Numbered from the whole stretch's first letter, positions 1 to 14,953 are shown. The stretch is DNA of 55,156 nucleotides, filler included, from Circinaria calcarea (GCA_051942165.1; 5 parts of 5 records of this genome joined end to end with filler, not necessarily neighbours in it), one strand, 5' to 3'. Made by a program: numbers and translations. Notes: generated from the letters alone by a model not told the origin.

Positions 1-266
1 CCCCCCGCCCTGGGTCCCCTCTTTCCGAGGCTCTTTTTTTTCCTTCTTCGGTATGTATATACACTTTGGTTTAAGCGGGTACATGCAAAGATGGAATGCA
101 TCTATTGTTGAGTAGCGAAATGTATGGTGGCATTCATGCTATCTGAGTGTGTGTAACTAACTAAGCTATCTATGCAGCGAAAAAGCGCTTTTATGTAGCG
201 TATAGAGTGTTGAGCATGGACCTCCTATGCAACACATGCTTCGGTAAGCCCTATGGCTTCCAACAT

Positions 267-1988
267 CTATTGATAATAGCAATACTGTTTAAAGCACGCC
301 TCACAAGCCGCAGGCAACGTATCCCCCGTTTTCATCGTGAGTGCACATCCCAGACAAGTCGGCCATGCTGCATCACCACCTTTATCGATGATTTGAACCC
401 CATTCGCAATCACAGCTAGACAGGCTAATTAGTCTTTACATTCCCGGCGAGAAGATGGATGAGGACATACCATCCGTCTCGGCCTTGCTATACTGCAATT
501 TAGACGTAGGCACATTACTTGGATAAGTATAGTTGACATTCGGAACATACACAATCGTAATCTTGCTCGTGTCGTTGCATCCGAAGAACGTGGGACGCTT
601 GTTCAGGCCTTGGCTGACGAAAGTTGCCGACGAAGGAATGTATGGCATCCTCGTCAGTCCTGCGCTCTGCGATTGCACATAGGTTGTCAGAATCTGGGTT
701 CCGTCGGGGAAATTATCCGTATCCGCAGAATTATCATTTACAATGATCACGTCCACGCCCCTCGCGGGCTGTAATAGAGGAAAGATGGGATTATTTTGAT
801 TGGCCTCCCCGCCGTCTACCAGGAATAATTCCGTCTGCGATTGAACGAGCGAGGAGCGGTCGTACTTGTAGAAAGGATTTGGGTATACGGCATATTCGTC
901 GCGAATACTCAATGAATGAGCTTTCAGTATAATCGAGGTGAGCTGGCCAAGGAGAGTAGTATTAGATGCGATGGTGGAGACACTGCACACTTCGTTAAAG
1001 AGGTTACTAGAGGTTCCCAATACATAACCGAGATTATCGTAGTTCTTGATGCAAGATCCTTTGGTCGGAAGGCCATTACTCAGGGAGGTTCCGAGATACT
1101 TGGTTTGGGTAAATGCCGATACCCCTGCGTCCCAGCTCCCGAAATCAAAAGGCATCAACTCGTAGGTCGTAGCGGTGGGATCTGGTAAGCATTCTCCCTG
1201 ATACGTCTCGATACCCAAGGCAGTGATGATAGGGTAGGGTACCGCATAGGATGTAAAGTTCGAGAGCTGTGTAATTCCCGACAAGGTATTTAAAACCCCA
1301 CCATTGATTCCTTTAAGTAATTGGTACGACAACAGCCTTCCCCAAGGATCGGTAAGGGTTGGTGGAAACCCAGCATTCTCCTTTGCTTCGATATCATTCG
1401 TTATTGCTGCGTAGGCAAGCGATGTTAATAGGAAGTTTGGCAGGAGAATGCTATCCTGAAAAGCCTGCTTCCAAAGGCTATCTCTCAACGATGAGATTGT
1501 GGGGTAATTGTTTCCTGCCAAAGAGGAGATGAGCCATGAGCCGCCAGACAGACCGGCTTGGTAGGTCAATCTGAGCAAATTAGTATTAGTCCCAAAATGA
1601 GGAGCAGCAACACCGAGGTATTATACCCTTGAAACAAACCACTGGTGCCAACATTGCTATCGCGAGAGTCGAGCCCTTGTATAACGCCTGCACCGCACAG
1701 CAGAGATCGGTATCCGCCTCCACTCGTCGTCAAAGCTACCGTTGGCAATTTGGTTGTTCCGAACCCGGCATTTGTCTTCTTCAACCACGACGCAAGGCTA
1801 ACAGAGGCTTGGATTTTACGATTGGTAAGGTAGGTAGCCTCTGAAGCCGAAAGGCCAGTTGCCGGTCGAACGAGGGGTGTCGATGGACATGTCGTCGTGA
1901 CGGGATCGTAGCCGGATACGAATTCAGGAATGCTCAACGCGTCCACCAAGGAGCACAGAAACGCAGCGATACCAAGAAGTAAAAGCAT
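267..1988 (-). CDS. Secreted lysophospholipase / phospholipase B; exons 1988-1627, 1570-471, 415-267
   Basis: Signal peptide MLLLLGIAAFLCSLVDA; catalytic motifs SGGGYRS, GLSGGSW, LVDGGEANQN; two GT-AG introns join ORFs 1566..2105 and 436..1578 in frame; last exon encodes WPTCLGCA..CEACFKQYCY. Confidence 0.93.
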
Positions 1989-2898
1989 GGCAGGTAAATT
2001 ATACAGTAACAGTGACCGCTCCGATTGCAAGGACGAAGCTATCACTGCGACTGCGGGGGGTCTTTCTATACTCCATAGCTGGTGGCGGCTTGCGATCTGT
2101 TGCAAGGGTAGGAACTTTCCCTGAAGAATTGAGGCATGACATAGCGGCCGGGAACAAGAGTGTAAGAACGGCAGGCTTTACGCGGCTTCCCTATTTTGGG
2201 CGGAGTTGATAGTCAACTGGGGGATGGCTGCAACTTGCCCGGCCGCCCCCTTGCAGCGCAAATCAGCGGCGGAGCTATCCCCACGGGCGAGTACAGAAAC
2301 CGCAAGTGATTGCAACGGCGGGCCAAGAGAGCCATCAACATGCCTAAACGAGAAGAAACCGAGCAGTAACAAAAGCTGCAGGGCCTCACCCAAAATAGAT
2401 CTGCTCGATGCACTCGGGTCGAATGGTGCTGCCTCGTGTGTATACTCCGAGGCTATCGTGCTTCTGGACAATCCTTCGCGAAGGAAAACGGAAACGGAAA
2501 GCGCTTCTACGTCGGCCATCTCTCATATACCTACCCACTTCCGTAGTCACGGTGGTACCGGCACTACAAGAGAAGGAAGGACAATGTCCAAGCTACTCGG
2601 TATACTACAGTGAGTATTGTAGCTGTGGCTGACGGAGTTGGAAGAACCCCAGGCGCTTTTAGGCAATGCGGGTCAGCACTCTCTTCTGACCACCCGCCGA
2701 TCCCTCATCAGCCATCCGACACAGCTCTCAGCCTGGATGATCACCTTCAAGCGGAAAGCCAAGTTCTATAGAGGCTATGTTGATGTTGTACTGCATCCAC
2801 ACCTGCTCTGAGTGGTATCATTGCACATGTTCCGTACCAAAGCTGAGGTAATTTACTACCGATCCCCGGTCAACAAATGTGTAATAAGCAACACCCAG

Positions 2899-5294
2899 TC
2901 ATCCGTTCTCACTATCAAACACAGGTTCGCCCCCTCTCCAGGGCGTCAGTGGAATATCTCCAGGCATTTCCTCGCCACTTGGCAGTCTTAACCGTGGAAA
3001 TGGCTGGTCATGCCACACATACAACTCATCGCCCGCGGAGTCTTCAGCCGCCTCGTCTCCTCCTTGGCCGAGGCTAGCCGCGGCATCTCGAGCGGTCAGG
3101 CCCAGAAAAGACTTACCCATCCGGCAGACCAGACGGCTAACCCACGATCCTAACCGACTCACCAGTGTCACCAGCTGCTCCTCGAGCGCAGCGGCTTGCT
3201 CTTCCTCGCTCCCCTCCCCGGTAATGCTCTCTTCTGTGTGTACAGGCCGTGCTTGTGCTTAACAAGATATTTTTCTCGAATCCTAGCGGCTTTCTCTTGG
3301 TCAACAAGTACAAGAGCACCACTATGCCACCCTGCAGCGCTGACTTTCAGGCTGAAGTAGGCACCGATTTCATCTTTGGAATCCCTCCCCATCAAAATGC
3401 CGTGGCGACCTGGGCCCCCATTCCAATTGCGTCCCTCCCTTTCAAACCATTCACCGCAAACTTGAGCTGCGCCCCGTAGCCCAAGCCTTACCATGTAACC
3501 GCGAGTACCAACCTCTCCATCTTCAGATTTTCTCTCCATGTCTTCTAGCCATCGTTTTTTTTCTGGCTCGATCCAGACTGTTCTCCTCCCTTCACTCCAG
3601 CTAGGCAGCTCTAATGTACCATCTACTGGAGCATAGCGCACGCCTCTTAACCGCGCAAGTTTAGGAGGACCCAGACCGAAAGCCCCGCAGGCCCGGGGTT
3701 CAGTACCGTAGGATGATATGGTTCCATCGGCGCGAAGAGCGTGAAAATGGTAATCTCCGAACGCAAGAGATATGACTGAGGATCTTTGGAGGCTAGGTAT
3801 TATAGTGGGTGTAGGTGATAGGTTCCCGGTAAATGAGGAAGAGGCTGTAGTAAGTTTGCAGAAAGACTCCAAGTGATTCTGGTTGCCGATAAGGACCGAG
3901 CCATTAGTGGTAAAGACTGCAAAAGATCGGAATGAACCTTGGATATCATGCACTCGGCCGTCTTCCGGACCAGGGGAAAAGGTCGTCAGCTCAACAGGAG
4001 TGATTAGCGGCTCTAGGCTAGGCCAGTGGGTAGGAAAAGCAAAGACTTTGTTCAAGTCGGTTATAAAGAGAATGTGCTGTTCCATCACAACATGGTTGAT
4101 TACTTCTCCAATGTGAACATCGGGAGAAGAGGATAATTCGTGCCTGTGCGAATCTCGTTTGTGAGCTGTCCCAGGTATTCTAATGGTTTCGATAAGAAAA
4201 CCATCCGATTCTCCAGGAGGCTGACCATGCAAAGGGAGCTCTCCCCAGTATGATATACCACTTCCATTTACATATATCGAGCTTCTCGCCCACCCTTGTA
4301 CGATTAGAACTGATATGATGTGAGAATACTTTGACATACCAGCAGTGACTCTTGTGACACATCCGATGCTTGATTCGGCAACATTCCTCACCATGTCCAC
4401 ATGAGCTGATTTGATGTATCGTGCTGGTAAGTCAAAGTCTACCCATTCCCAGACTGTTCCGTCGTCCGCTAACCCCAGAACATGAAGTCGGCCAACCGAA
4501 TATTGGCGTATAGCTGTAGATGGTTCATATCTTTCCCTGGTGGAAAATGGATAGCCACTAGGAAATTCAAGGCGAGACAATTTAGTTTGAGTCATCTGAA
4601 ATGCTTCTGCATTGAGCACACCAACTGCGAAGAGCTGACCGATGGAGTTCAATAGTACAGTCGACCAACCGCTGGAACAAAGGATCAGCTTTCATAATAG
4701 TTGCAATATCCACTGGTGCTATTAGGAGCGTTACTGACCCACATTGGACGTCAGCAACAACGCCTATACGCTCGCGGACGTCTTCCATCTCTGTTGGCCA
4801 CCCCACCCAACTATTCACCGCTGGCCGCCGAAGCTGCCGACTCCAAGCCTGAGGTGGATGATCAATATGCAACCGGCGACTGTGTCCCAGATTGGCTCGC
4901 TCGTTGTTGCCCCAGGTGTAGACATGTGTCCGAGTCAGAAGGTTTTGATATAGCCACTGCCAACGCGCGCCGTCGGCCTCGAGCAGTGGCTGAGGGGGGA
5001 TACGGAAGGTGGAGCGTGCCAATTTTCGCCAGAAAGAGGGGTCTTGACGAAGTGGAAGGAATGATTTCTGATGATACAAATTAGTCTAGTAGCCCCAATG
5101 GATACTGGGAAGCATGTCTTCCCAGACAGGGTCACAGGCTATACCGTAATGCTTGTCAGCGAAAGAAAGTCCGGGGCAGTCAGGTGTGGGAAAATCAGGA
5201 TGATAATGTCATTGGCTGCACCATCTTGTTAGCCAAGCAAGTCCCCGTATGCATTGACTGGATAGAGTAGCCCACGAAGGTCAGTGAGAAGCAT
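2899..5294 (-). CDS. Saf1-like F-box protein with RCC1-like repeats (apparent frameshift near 3260)
   Basis: Spliced N-terminus MLLTDLPNDIIILIFPHL (F-box); VYTWGNN, DVQCGGWST, SLAFGDYHFHAL, KVSAAGWHSGAL (RCC1-like); protein-like C-terminus FPRLRLPSGEEMPG lies in another frame (ORF 2899..3171). Confidence 0.8.
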
Positions 5295-6784
5295 GCTGGA
5301 TTTGAGCGGGTGGTACTACACAAAGCTAATATGGCCTTGCGCTCTAATAAACGAAGGATTTCTTGTCCTTCCCTAACTGTAGCTGTCGTCGACTTTAACC
5401 GATTGAGCGATGTCATGTATACAGATGCCACGGACAAGCGTGTGGAGTCGTGAAACTTGTGAGGAGCTTGCCGAATGTATCGTCCTCAACGGCGATTAGC
5501 GCGCTTCAATGGCAATCCGGGTAGGTGGAGGGAGGGGGGAGCTAGAATAGTATGATAGAACTACTACGTTAGGGAACTCGGAACTTCATCCTCTCCTCTC
5601 ATCCACTGTTCGTCTCCTGTGGATGCAGCTGTAGGTGCTGTGTAACATCAATTGCATTGGAAGATACGACTTCGATACGAGTGCCTGTCGGTGCTCATGC
5701 CGAAGGCCAAGATGCAAGAAACGCGGCCATTCGTGCACGCCGCCAACTTTGAAAATCTCATTTCCCACGTACACATTCTCCGACTGGCTGATACATCGTA
5801 AGCAGTATACGCCTCTTGCTCAAGATCTTGGGCTATGTGTATACGGTTTCGTCTCTGTCTAGGCCTCTAAAGGAGGCTCATCATTCTGCGTCGTTGGCTG
5901 TTACCACTGGTTTTACCCCTTTCCCCTCCTCCCTGAACGGTTTGCATATAGATTCAGCATCTGCTGCATACCCCGCTCTCTCTAATTGTGTGAGCAAATT
6001 GTACACGAATGAGCTGTCATCCCTCCCAATCACTTCTCACAGTACAGACATCATCGTCATAGCGGTCTTCAAGGTGTGCATCTCCGTGCGGCCGATACAG
6101 CGCCCAATGCGGATACTCTGGTTTGATACGCAGGCTAAACATACACATCTTCCTTCGAAGTTTTCAGCCCAGCGTCTAGTTTTGGACGTTTGTTTATCGA
6201 GTATATCCGGGTTTGAGATGTCGATCCACGCATGAATCGGCTGTGCATCAGTCTCACCAACTAAGCCATGGGAGGTAACCGTCGCTGCTGTGTTTACGTC
6301 AGGTTAGTCACAGGATCACTCCCGTGGCCAACGTTGTGAAGCTCACTGTCCTCTCTGAGCAAACACTTATGCACTGAAGGTAACACAGCATAACTAAGTT
6401 CCTACCACTTGCACTCTATCCTTATGATCAGTCTAAATAGATCTGGTGCATTTGAGGGGTCGAAGCGGGGAATTGAGTTGGACGATGATGAGGAGTGTGA
6501 TAGCGAACGGAGCGTCTTCCGCACAAGAAGGGTTTGCACTCTTGAAAAGGCGGACCCGTTGAGAATGTTTTACTATATATTAGCGGACTTCTTTCTGTAC
6601 TCTCTTTCACTTGCTATACAAGTGCCTCAGTCCGCAATTTCGCAAGAATCCCCATCCTTTCATACACAAACTGTCTGTATCCAAACTACCCAGTAGATTG
6701 TCCCTATAGGTAGGTGCAGCTTTACCATTCCATGCGTGAAGAGCACTAGACTCTAACCATATTGTCATACACTTTAGCCTCATC

Positions 6785-9700
6785 ATGAACGGAAATATCT
6801 ACACTGTCAAGTCTCCTGAGGAGGATACCTCCCACCAGGCTATTAGCTCGTTCTTCCTTGGCCCCCATGCCGAGAATTACGAACATTTCAAGGACAACGT
6901 TCTTGCCATTCTCGAGGGACAAAAAACCGCTAGGTCGAATTACTATCCAGACGATGGGGTAAACTTTTTTGCTACCTCTTGCTATCATGCGATCCTCTTT
7001 CTCTACCTCGAAGCATACACGAGGTGTTAGAAGCTAGAGACTGACCTTTACTATCTTTATCCTTCAGAGGTTCATCAGTGACAACGTCAAGACATCGGAC
7101 ACCTTCACAAAGAGCACAGAGAAGATCAGCAATGCCGTGAAAAAGGCTTCAGATCTCTTAACGCAGCACAGTCTGCCATTCTGGTCCCCCAGATACCAGG
7201 GACACATGGACGGGGACTTAAGCATGCCTGCTATACTGGGTTACTTCATGACCATGATGTACAATGCAAACAACGTTTCCATTGAGGCTAGCCCCCTTAC
7301 AACTATAGCCGAGATGGAAGTAGGGGACCAGCTATGTGAGTTGTTTGGTTACAACATCAAGCGCGACCAGAAGGAGTTTCCAGTTGCTTGGGGCCATATC
7401 ACATGTGGTGGAACGGTAGCAAATCTGGAGTCAATTTGGTGAGTGATATTTTTCCTTGTCTTTTGTGTTTTGTGTTGTGCAGTTTTATTTAGAGACCTTA
7501 TCCTCGACTAGAACTCCAAGGCTTTAGATAGGTGTGATTGCTAACGAAAGGAACCCTCATAGGTCCGGTAGGTATTACACAATCAAATGCTTTGGGAAGT
7601 TATGAGACCAGAACTGATCCTACCGCTCGTTTACAGCTCGCAATCTCAAGTTCTATCCTCTTTCTTTGCGTAAAGCGATGGAGGAAGATGCACCCCTCTC
7701 GTTCATTGCCAGCAATTTCATGATAGAGACCTGTGCTGGTCCGCGAAAGATTTTCAAGGACCTTTCTACTTGGGAGATGCTAAATCTGAAAGTCCACCAT
7801 ATCTTGGAAATCCCTGACAGATTGTACAACGAGTACGGTATCTCGTCGGTATTCTTACAGAGCATTCTAGAAAAGTACACAATTCAAACGACCGGGAAGA
7901 AGACACTCGAGGAGCACTTCGGCATCGAGAAACCAATTCAGTATATGCTATCAACCACAAGACACTACTCATGGCCTAAAGGGTGCGGTAAGTGATCAAA
8001 TGGATAGCCCCGGGTGACGTCGACTTCAGCTGACGTGAGGACGTGGTCAAATCAGCCATTACCGGTATAGGTTCCGAAAACATGATTGGTATACCAGTGG
8101 ATGACGGTGCTCGCGTTGATTTGAAGCTTTTAGAAGAGCAACTGCAGGAAAGCGTCGACAAGGAACAAGCCGTCTATGCGGTGGTTGCCATTATTGGGTC
8201 AACCGAGGAAGGGGCTGTCGATCCTGTCAGTGGCATTCTTGCCCTTAGAGAAAGGTTTCAAGCAAAAGGCTTGTCATTTGCTGTACATGCCGATGCTGCA
8301 TGGGGTGGTTACTTCTGTTCAATGCTCCCAAAGGACTATACCCCGGACCAAGTTATTGTTGTGCCGCACCAACTAGGAGGAGGGGAAGGCTTTGTGCCTG
8401 ACGCGACTCTACGAGCGCAAACTCAAAAAGAGCTATACGCTCTCCGGTACGCTGACTCCGTGACGGTTGACCCCCATAAGGCTGGTTATATCCCATACCC
8501 GGCAGGGGGTCTATGCTACCGTGACGAGCGAATGAGGTATCTAGTCACTTGGACCAGTCCATACATATCCCGAGATGGAAGCATGGAGAGCATCGGTATT
8601 TACGGCGTTGAGGGGAGGTAAGTGTCAAATATTTTTCATCAGCTCTTGTCCTACACTATGTAAGGTATCGTATGTCTGCTGATCACTGCCCTTTGCCGTG
8701 TCTCGTTTAGCAAGCCAGGCGCGGCTGCAATGTCAACATGGCTTTCCAACAAATGCCTTGGGCTGAACCCTCAAGGTTATGGCGCACTTCTCAGCGAGGT
8801 CTCTTTTACATGCAGCAGGGTACGTAAGACTATTTGATGATAGCTTGAGCATATTGCAACTGTGAGCTAACGCAGTTTTTCATTCTATCTATAGTTATCA
8901 GCACATTGGGCAGCCATGTCAACTAAGGATTCCAGCTTTGTTGTGGTACCATTGAACAAGCTTCCTTCCGAGCTAAAGGAAAATTCCACTGCAGAAATGG
9001 TTGAAGAGGAGAAGCAAAAGATCCGTGACCGTATCCTAGGAAAATCTAACGCAGAGATGGTCAAGGAGGATGAAGACAGACCCGAAGATGATAAAGCCAT
9101 GACTTTGGTTCGTGCGCTTGGATCCGATCTCAACATTAACGCATTTGCTTGCAACTTCCGCTACTCTGACGGAACGTTAAATGACGACGTGGAAGAGGCA
9201 AACTACTTGAACAGGCGGATTGTGGAGCGCTTGACCGTGGACGACCCTGCAGATGAACCTACTAAAATTCCATTCTTCCTATCCTCGACGGAGTTTAGTA
9301 AAGCTTTATACGGAGAATGCCTCTCCGATTACAAAGGACGTCTAGAGCTGGCTAAGGACGACCTGTCTCTATTCGTCCTTCGCAATGTTGTCATGTCGCC
9401 TTTCCCGACTGAGGGTAATTTTATACAGGACATGATCAAGGAGTTCCAGACCGTGGTGGAAGACGAGGTCAAGGTAGGATATTTTTATGCAAGAGCGTGT
9501 GGTCCTCCCGGGCTAGAGTTGATCTAGAGGATTTCCATGGTCATTACGAAATTCATTTCATGGACAAGTGACTAACTGATCCCTAGTTCTCTCGCAAGCG
9601 GAACGAAGTCAAAAGCAACCATCATACCTTTGTAATCCAAGGTACCGCCAAGATTTATCTTACGCTTCGGCCCATGTTCTACATGGCTAGTCATCGCCGA

Positions 9701-10621
9701 CAAACCATCGTGAGCGCTACGATATCCGAGGAGGCGTTGCAAAAGTATGTTGAGGCTAAGAAGGCCAGTCCGACTGAGACATTTATCCTGGCTACGCAAG
9801 GAAAGGAGGATTTGTCAGTCATTTGCTCTGACAAGAAAGAGTTTGAAGCCGTCATACTGACCAAAGGAGGGTAAGCTTCTCATTTGATCCTCTGCTCATG
9901 TTCCAAATTTCTGTTCAGTCCATTTTCTTCCCTCGATCTTAAACTGCCATATGGCTTATCGTCCCATCACACGAGTGGCGAGTTAAGATACTATGCCACC
10001 ATCTCCTAGTATCCACCCTCCCTACCTTAACTCGCTAACGTTTGTTTCCCTAGCACCGTCATCACCAAAGGCGCCATGGTCAGAATTGACTCTGTTATCA
10101 AAGACCGACCCCTCAACTCCAAGTATCGCGACGTAGACTACCCGTCTGGTCACATGCCCTTCTACCTTTACGGGACCCCTTCCGAACCCCACATTGATCA
10201 CATTCTCGTCCGCGCCCCCAACATCCAACTTTCCGCCTCTTCCATCCTCCTTAACCTTGATAAACCTCTTTCCGAGGATCAGCTAGCTCATGGTGCTATC
10301 CTCTACGCTGACAATATCCACGAAGAAGCTCTGCAGCCGTTCCTCCCTACTAGTGACCTTTTGGATGCTGATGGTGCCCCCTTCTTCTTCCGTACCGGCC
10401 AACGCTTTGCCGTTACCGTTTATGAAGATAGAAACGAAGCAAGAGCGGCGGGACCCGGCCTGGCGGATGTCAAAGAAGAGCAGAAGGTTGCAGAGGGAGT
10501 CATCACGCTAAAGGGAGATGCGTTTGTGGACAGTGAGGCTGTGAATCGGGATCCGTTCAAGCGGCCTAGCAAATATCCAAAGTGGAAGGAGGAGTTTGAT
10601 CAGATTGGCGCGGAACTTTGA
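6785..10621 (+). CDS. Group II PLP-dependent decarboxylase, tyrosine decarboxylase-like / noncanonical AAAD with C-terminal extension, ~1000 aa; exons 6785-6958, 7068-7438, 7563-7567, 7637-7987, 8056-8617, 8711-8819, 8895-9473, 9587-9870, 10054-10621
   Basis: HSLPFWSPRYQGHM, NNVSIEASP, CGGTVANLESIW, HADAAWGGY, PLP-lysine motif SVTVDPHKAGY, GVEGSKPGA; C-terminal MPFYLYGT..HIDHIL..PNIQLSA; exons sum to 3003 nt in one frame. Confidence 0.9.
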
Positions 10622-10960
10622 GTAAAGTGGGGAAACTTGAAGTGGGATTTGAAGAGGGCGGAGAGGAAAGAGCATAGGTTCGCTCCGGATTGAATAGTAC
10701 CCGAAAGTCAGTTTCTGTGTTTTGAAAAGATCTTTGACTCTGAAAGGAGGAGGGGAATGGAAGAAGATGAACCATTGGGGGGGTGGATTCATCCTTTTTG
10801 ACGTGAAAGATGATGAGCCGTTTTTTCATACATGAGATATGAGATTTTGATATCGGGAAGCCTGGTTCGATGTTCAATCCTAATTATTCCCCTTTTTCGA
10901 CTCTAGTACTCTCGCTTAGTTATCCCCCTCTTCCACCTCTCCTTCTCCTTCACTCCCCTC

Positions 10961-11060
10961 NNNNNNNNNNNNNNNNNNNNNNNNNNNNNNNNNNNNNNNN
11001 NNNNTTAATTAATTAANNNNNNNNNNNNNNNNNNNNNNNNNNNNNNNNNNNNNNNNNNNN
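10961..11060. other. Artificial contig linker
   Basis: N44-TTAATTAATTAA-N44; stops in all six frames. Confidence 0.98.
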
Positions 11061-11679
11061 TATGGAAGCACGACCCTTCGACCTTGTATTTACTTGGTGA
11101 ATGGAAAATGGGGAAAGAACTTGCTTGGCCAACGGCATGCAATAGATTAAGAGTGAGGGGCCCACCAAACAATGAACATCTCTTGTATACAGCCTCTGGC
11201 AGGAACGATACATCCTCGCCAAAGTTGACTCGAGAACGTAAAGAACAGCATATACGACTATCAAAAGCCGAGAATGAAGGGCATGAAAAAGAGAGCTTTT
11301 CGTTTTACACATCATTTGCAACTACATACCTAGCTAGCTACATGGATTTCGAAAACACCAACTGACATCATAAGGGGGAAAGCGAGCCGGCTGGCGTGTC
11401 CGTGGTGCAGAGAGACGGAAAATAGGAAACGCCAGAGAAACGCCCCTTTGCACGCGCACAAATGCGTGATTGCTTGCTTTCCATTTCGGACTATTGTCCG
11501 ATATTCTGGCTGGCCACGGTAAATTTCGAGTAGAGGAGCGTAGAAGGATACATTTCTATCGTAACCAGGAACTGGTGACTAGAACGGCTAAATGTACTAT
11601 ACGGTATTTTGAAGCAGCTGATACCGTCTTTGGCGTATCCCGACGAACCGACAGGCTTTACATCATTCCAGATGCCTAT

Positions 11680-12945
<1,266 letters not shown>

Positions 12946-14953
12946 GGCGATGGGTATAGATGGACTGAGATCTGGTTACTTTGACGTCACGGTTATGGAA
13001 CGGATGGTTTGTGATAGATGTGATGTGAAATGTTAAGCTGTCTGTGAGGGGTCTCGATGGACGTGTTGATTGCAGGAAGTTGAAGTAGGTGGCCAGGTCA
13101 AACAAGCCTATTGTTCTCAATGGTCAGCAAGTGTCAACAGAAGTTGCGACTGTCTTTTCGCAGGAGCCATTCCGGAATTGGAAGCAAGCTAATAAGTAAG
13201 CTCAGGAACTGCAAGGAAAGCTCATAACCCATTAACTTATCGTGGGCCATGTACACCAAAGATTGAAATCGAGTCGTACAGCTTGATATCCGATCGGTAC
13301 TGAGAAAGCGGCTTGCTAAATTTGATTTGGTAACATGCTGATTTTCTCACAACAGGGCATCGAAATATTGCAGAGGGCTCGGGCGCAACCGTTGCTAACA
13401 ATTAGGAAGACTCACCCTTTCAAGCTCAGTGAGCGCTCAAGTAATATCCGTAGCGAGTGTATACGGTCTCTCAGCCTTTGACACTCAGAAATTATCTTAT
13501 TCGTAGCGTCTGCTATCGAACGGTGATGCGATTGGCGATCTGGTCTTCTTTGTTCTTACTCCTGGTGGTGGGCTGCTGAGAGAAGATGGAGGTACCCTGG
13601 GAGTTTGTTGACAGTCTTTGTTGGTTTTTGGATTCCTAACTTTGAAGTTACTTGTGGAACTCTATAGAATTGTTTCCGAGTCCGTTGGAAATGGGTCGTG
13701 GGAGCTGGACGCGCAACAATGCTTTGAGGGCACGGTGAAAACAGTGTTGCTGACAGGATTCTGGAATGGTAGGGAACAAGAGCTAAGGATCGGATTCACG
13801 AGTCAGTAAGGATCACGTATGAACGAGGTTGTCCCATTCACAGCATCCGCCTGGGCCCTGGGGTGCTCTCCCTCCAACAGCCCCTCAGCCTCACGGGGCG
13901 TGTACCTGCGTCTTCCTCTGCACCACAGCTAACTCGAATAGGGGGAAGAAAACTCACGGGAATATCTAATTATCGGACAGCTCCAAGTGAAGGGACTCCG
14001 TTACCAGCGAGTTCGAGAATTGAAGACCGCGTCAAGCTGGTCGAGAAGCTGTAGATGGGAGGTTGTTCCTGGGTCTCGGTGGGTAATATTAGGGGCAGTC
14101 GGCGTTTACAGTTCCTATTCTTGGCGTTTGTAGATGCAGGCTAGTGGTGGGGAATGTCCGAGAGGGGGAGACGGGGTTGTCTTGATGAGCAGGAAATATT
14201 GGGATCGGCTGTCCCTTTATTCCCTTGAATAAGCTAATCCACCTAAGCAGTCTCTCTGTGTCTCTGTGTCTCTGTCTCTCCACAGTCGAGGAGGCTCAGA
14301 CCTGGTTGGTAGGCAACACCAATAACGTAGGGTCCTACGGCTTTTCGGACAGCTAACTCACCACCAACTGCATCGCTGTCCGACTGCGAGTTGGGCCATG
14401 CACGTTACTTTTACTCGTCCTGCACTCTTGGAGCAAGCTGCCTTTTCCCTACACACGTGTTTAATCGTCCCGCGGTTGGTCTATAATTACGCTGTTTATG
14501 CTTGCTGCGCATTGTTATTAGGCATTCGACTGGAGTCGCTTCCTCCTCCAGGCAAGACCCCCAGTCGAAACAGTGCCTTGGCCGCAGCGAGGGAGTAAGG
14601 TTCGTACACAAGCTTCACCCCTAGCCAGAGGCTCATCTTTAGCCGTGGCGTTCCCTGTACAACAGTCATCCGAGTGTGTGAGATTGTTCTGGTTGGGTTG
14701 GATCGTCTTGGTCTAGCCGGTTTGGACATCAGAAGGCTAGATTGCAGATACGACTATTATATGTAATTGGGATTGACGCTGAAGCTGACGCTGGGGCTCA
14801 GACCGAAGCTCGTCTACATTCTACCCGTGTAGAGAAGCACCAGGAGAAGCACCAAAACGTGCTCTCTGTACATATCAAGTACAACCTCCTTCCAACGCCC
14901 AATTCTAAACAATACGCTTATGCAGGAGTTTATTGCACGACCTACGGCGATCA

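Noticed and set aside
2178..2632. Overlapping ORFs of 66-135 aa upstream of the phospholipase
   Set aside because: No motifs or supporting gene structure; likely promoter sequence.
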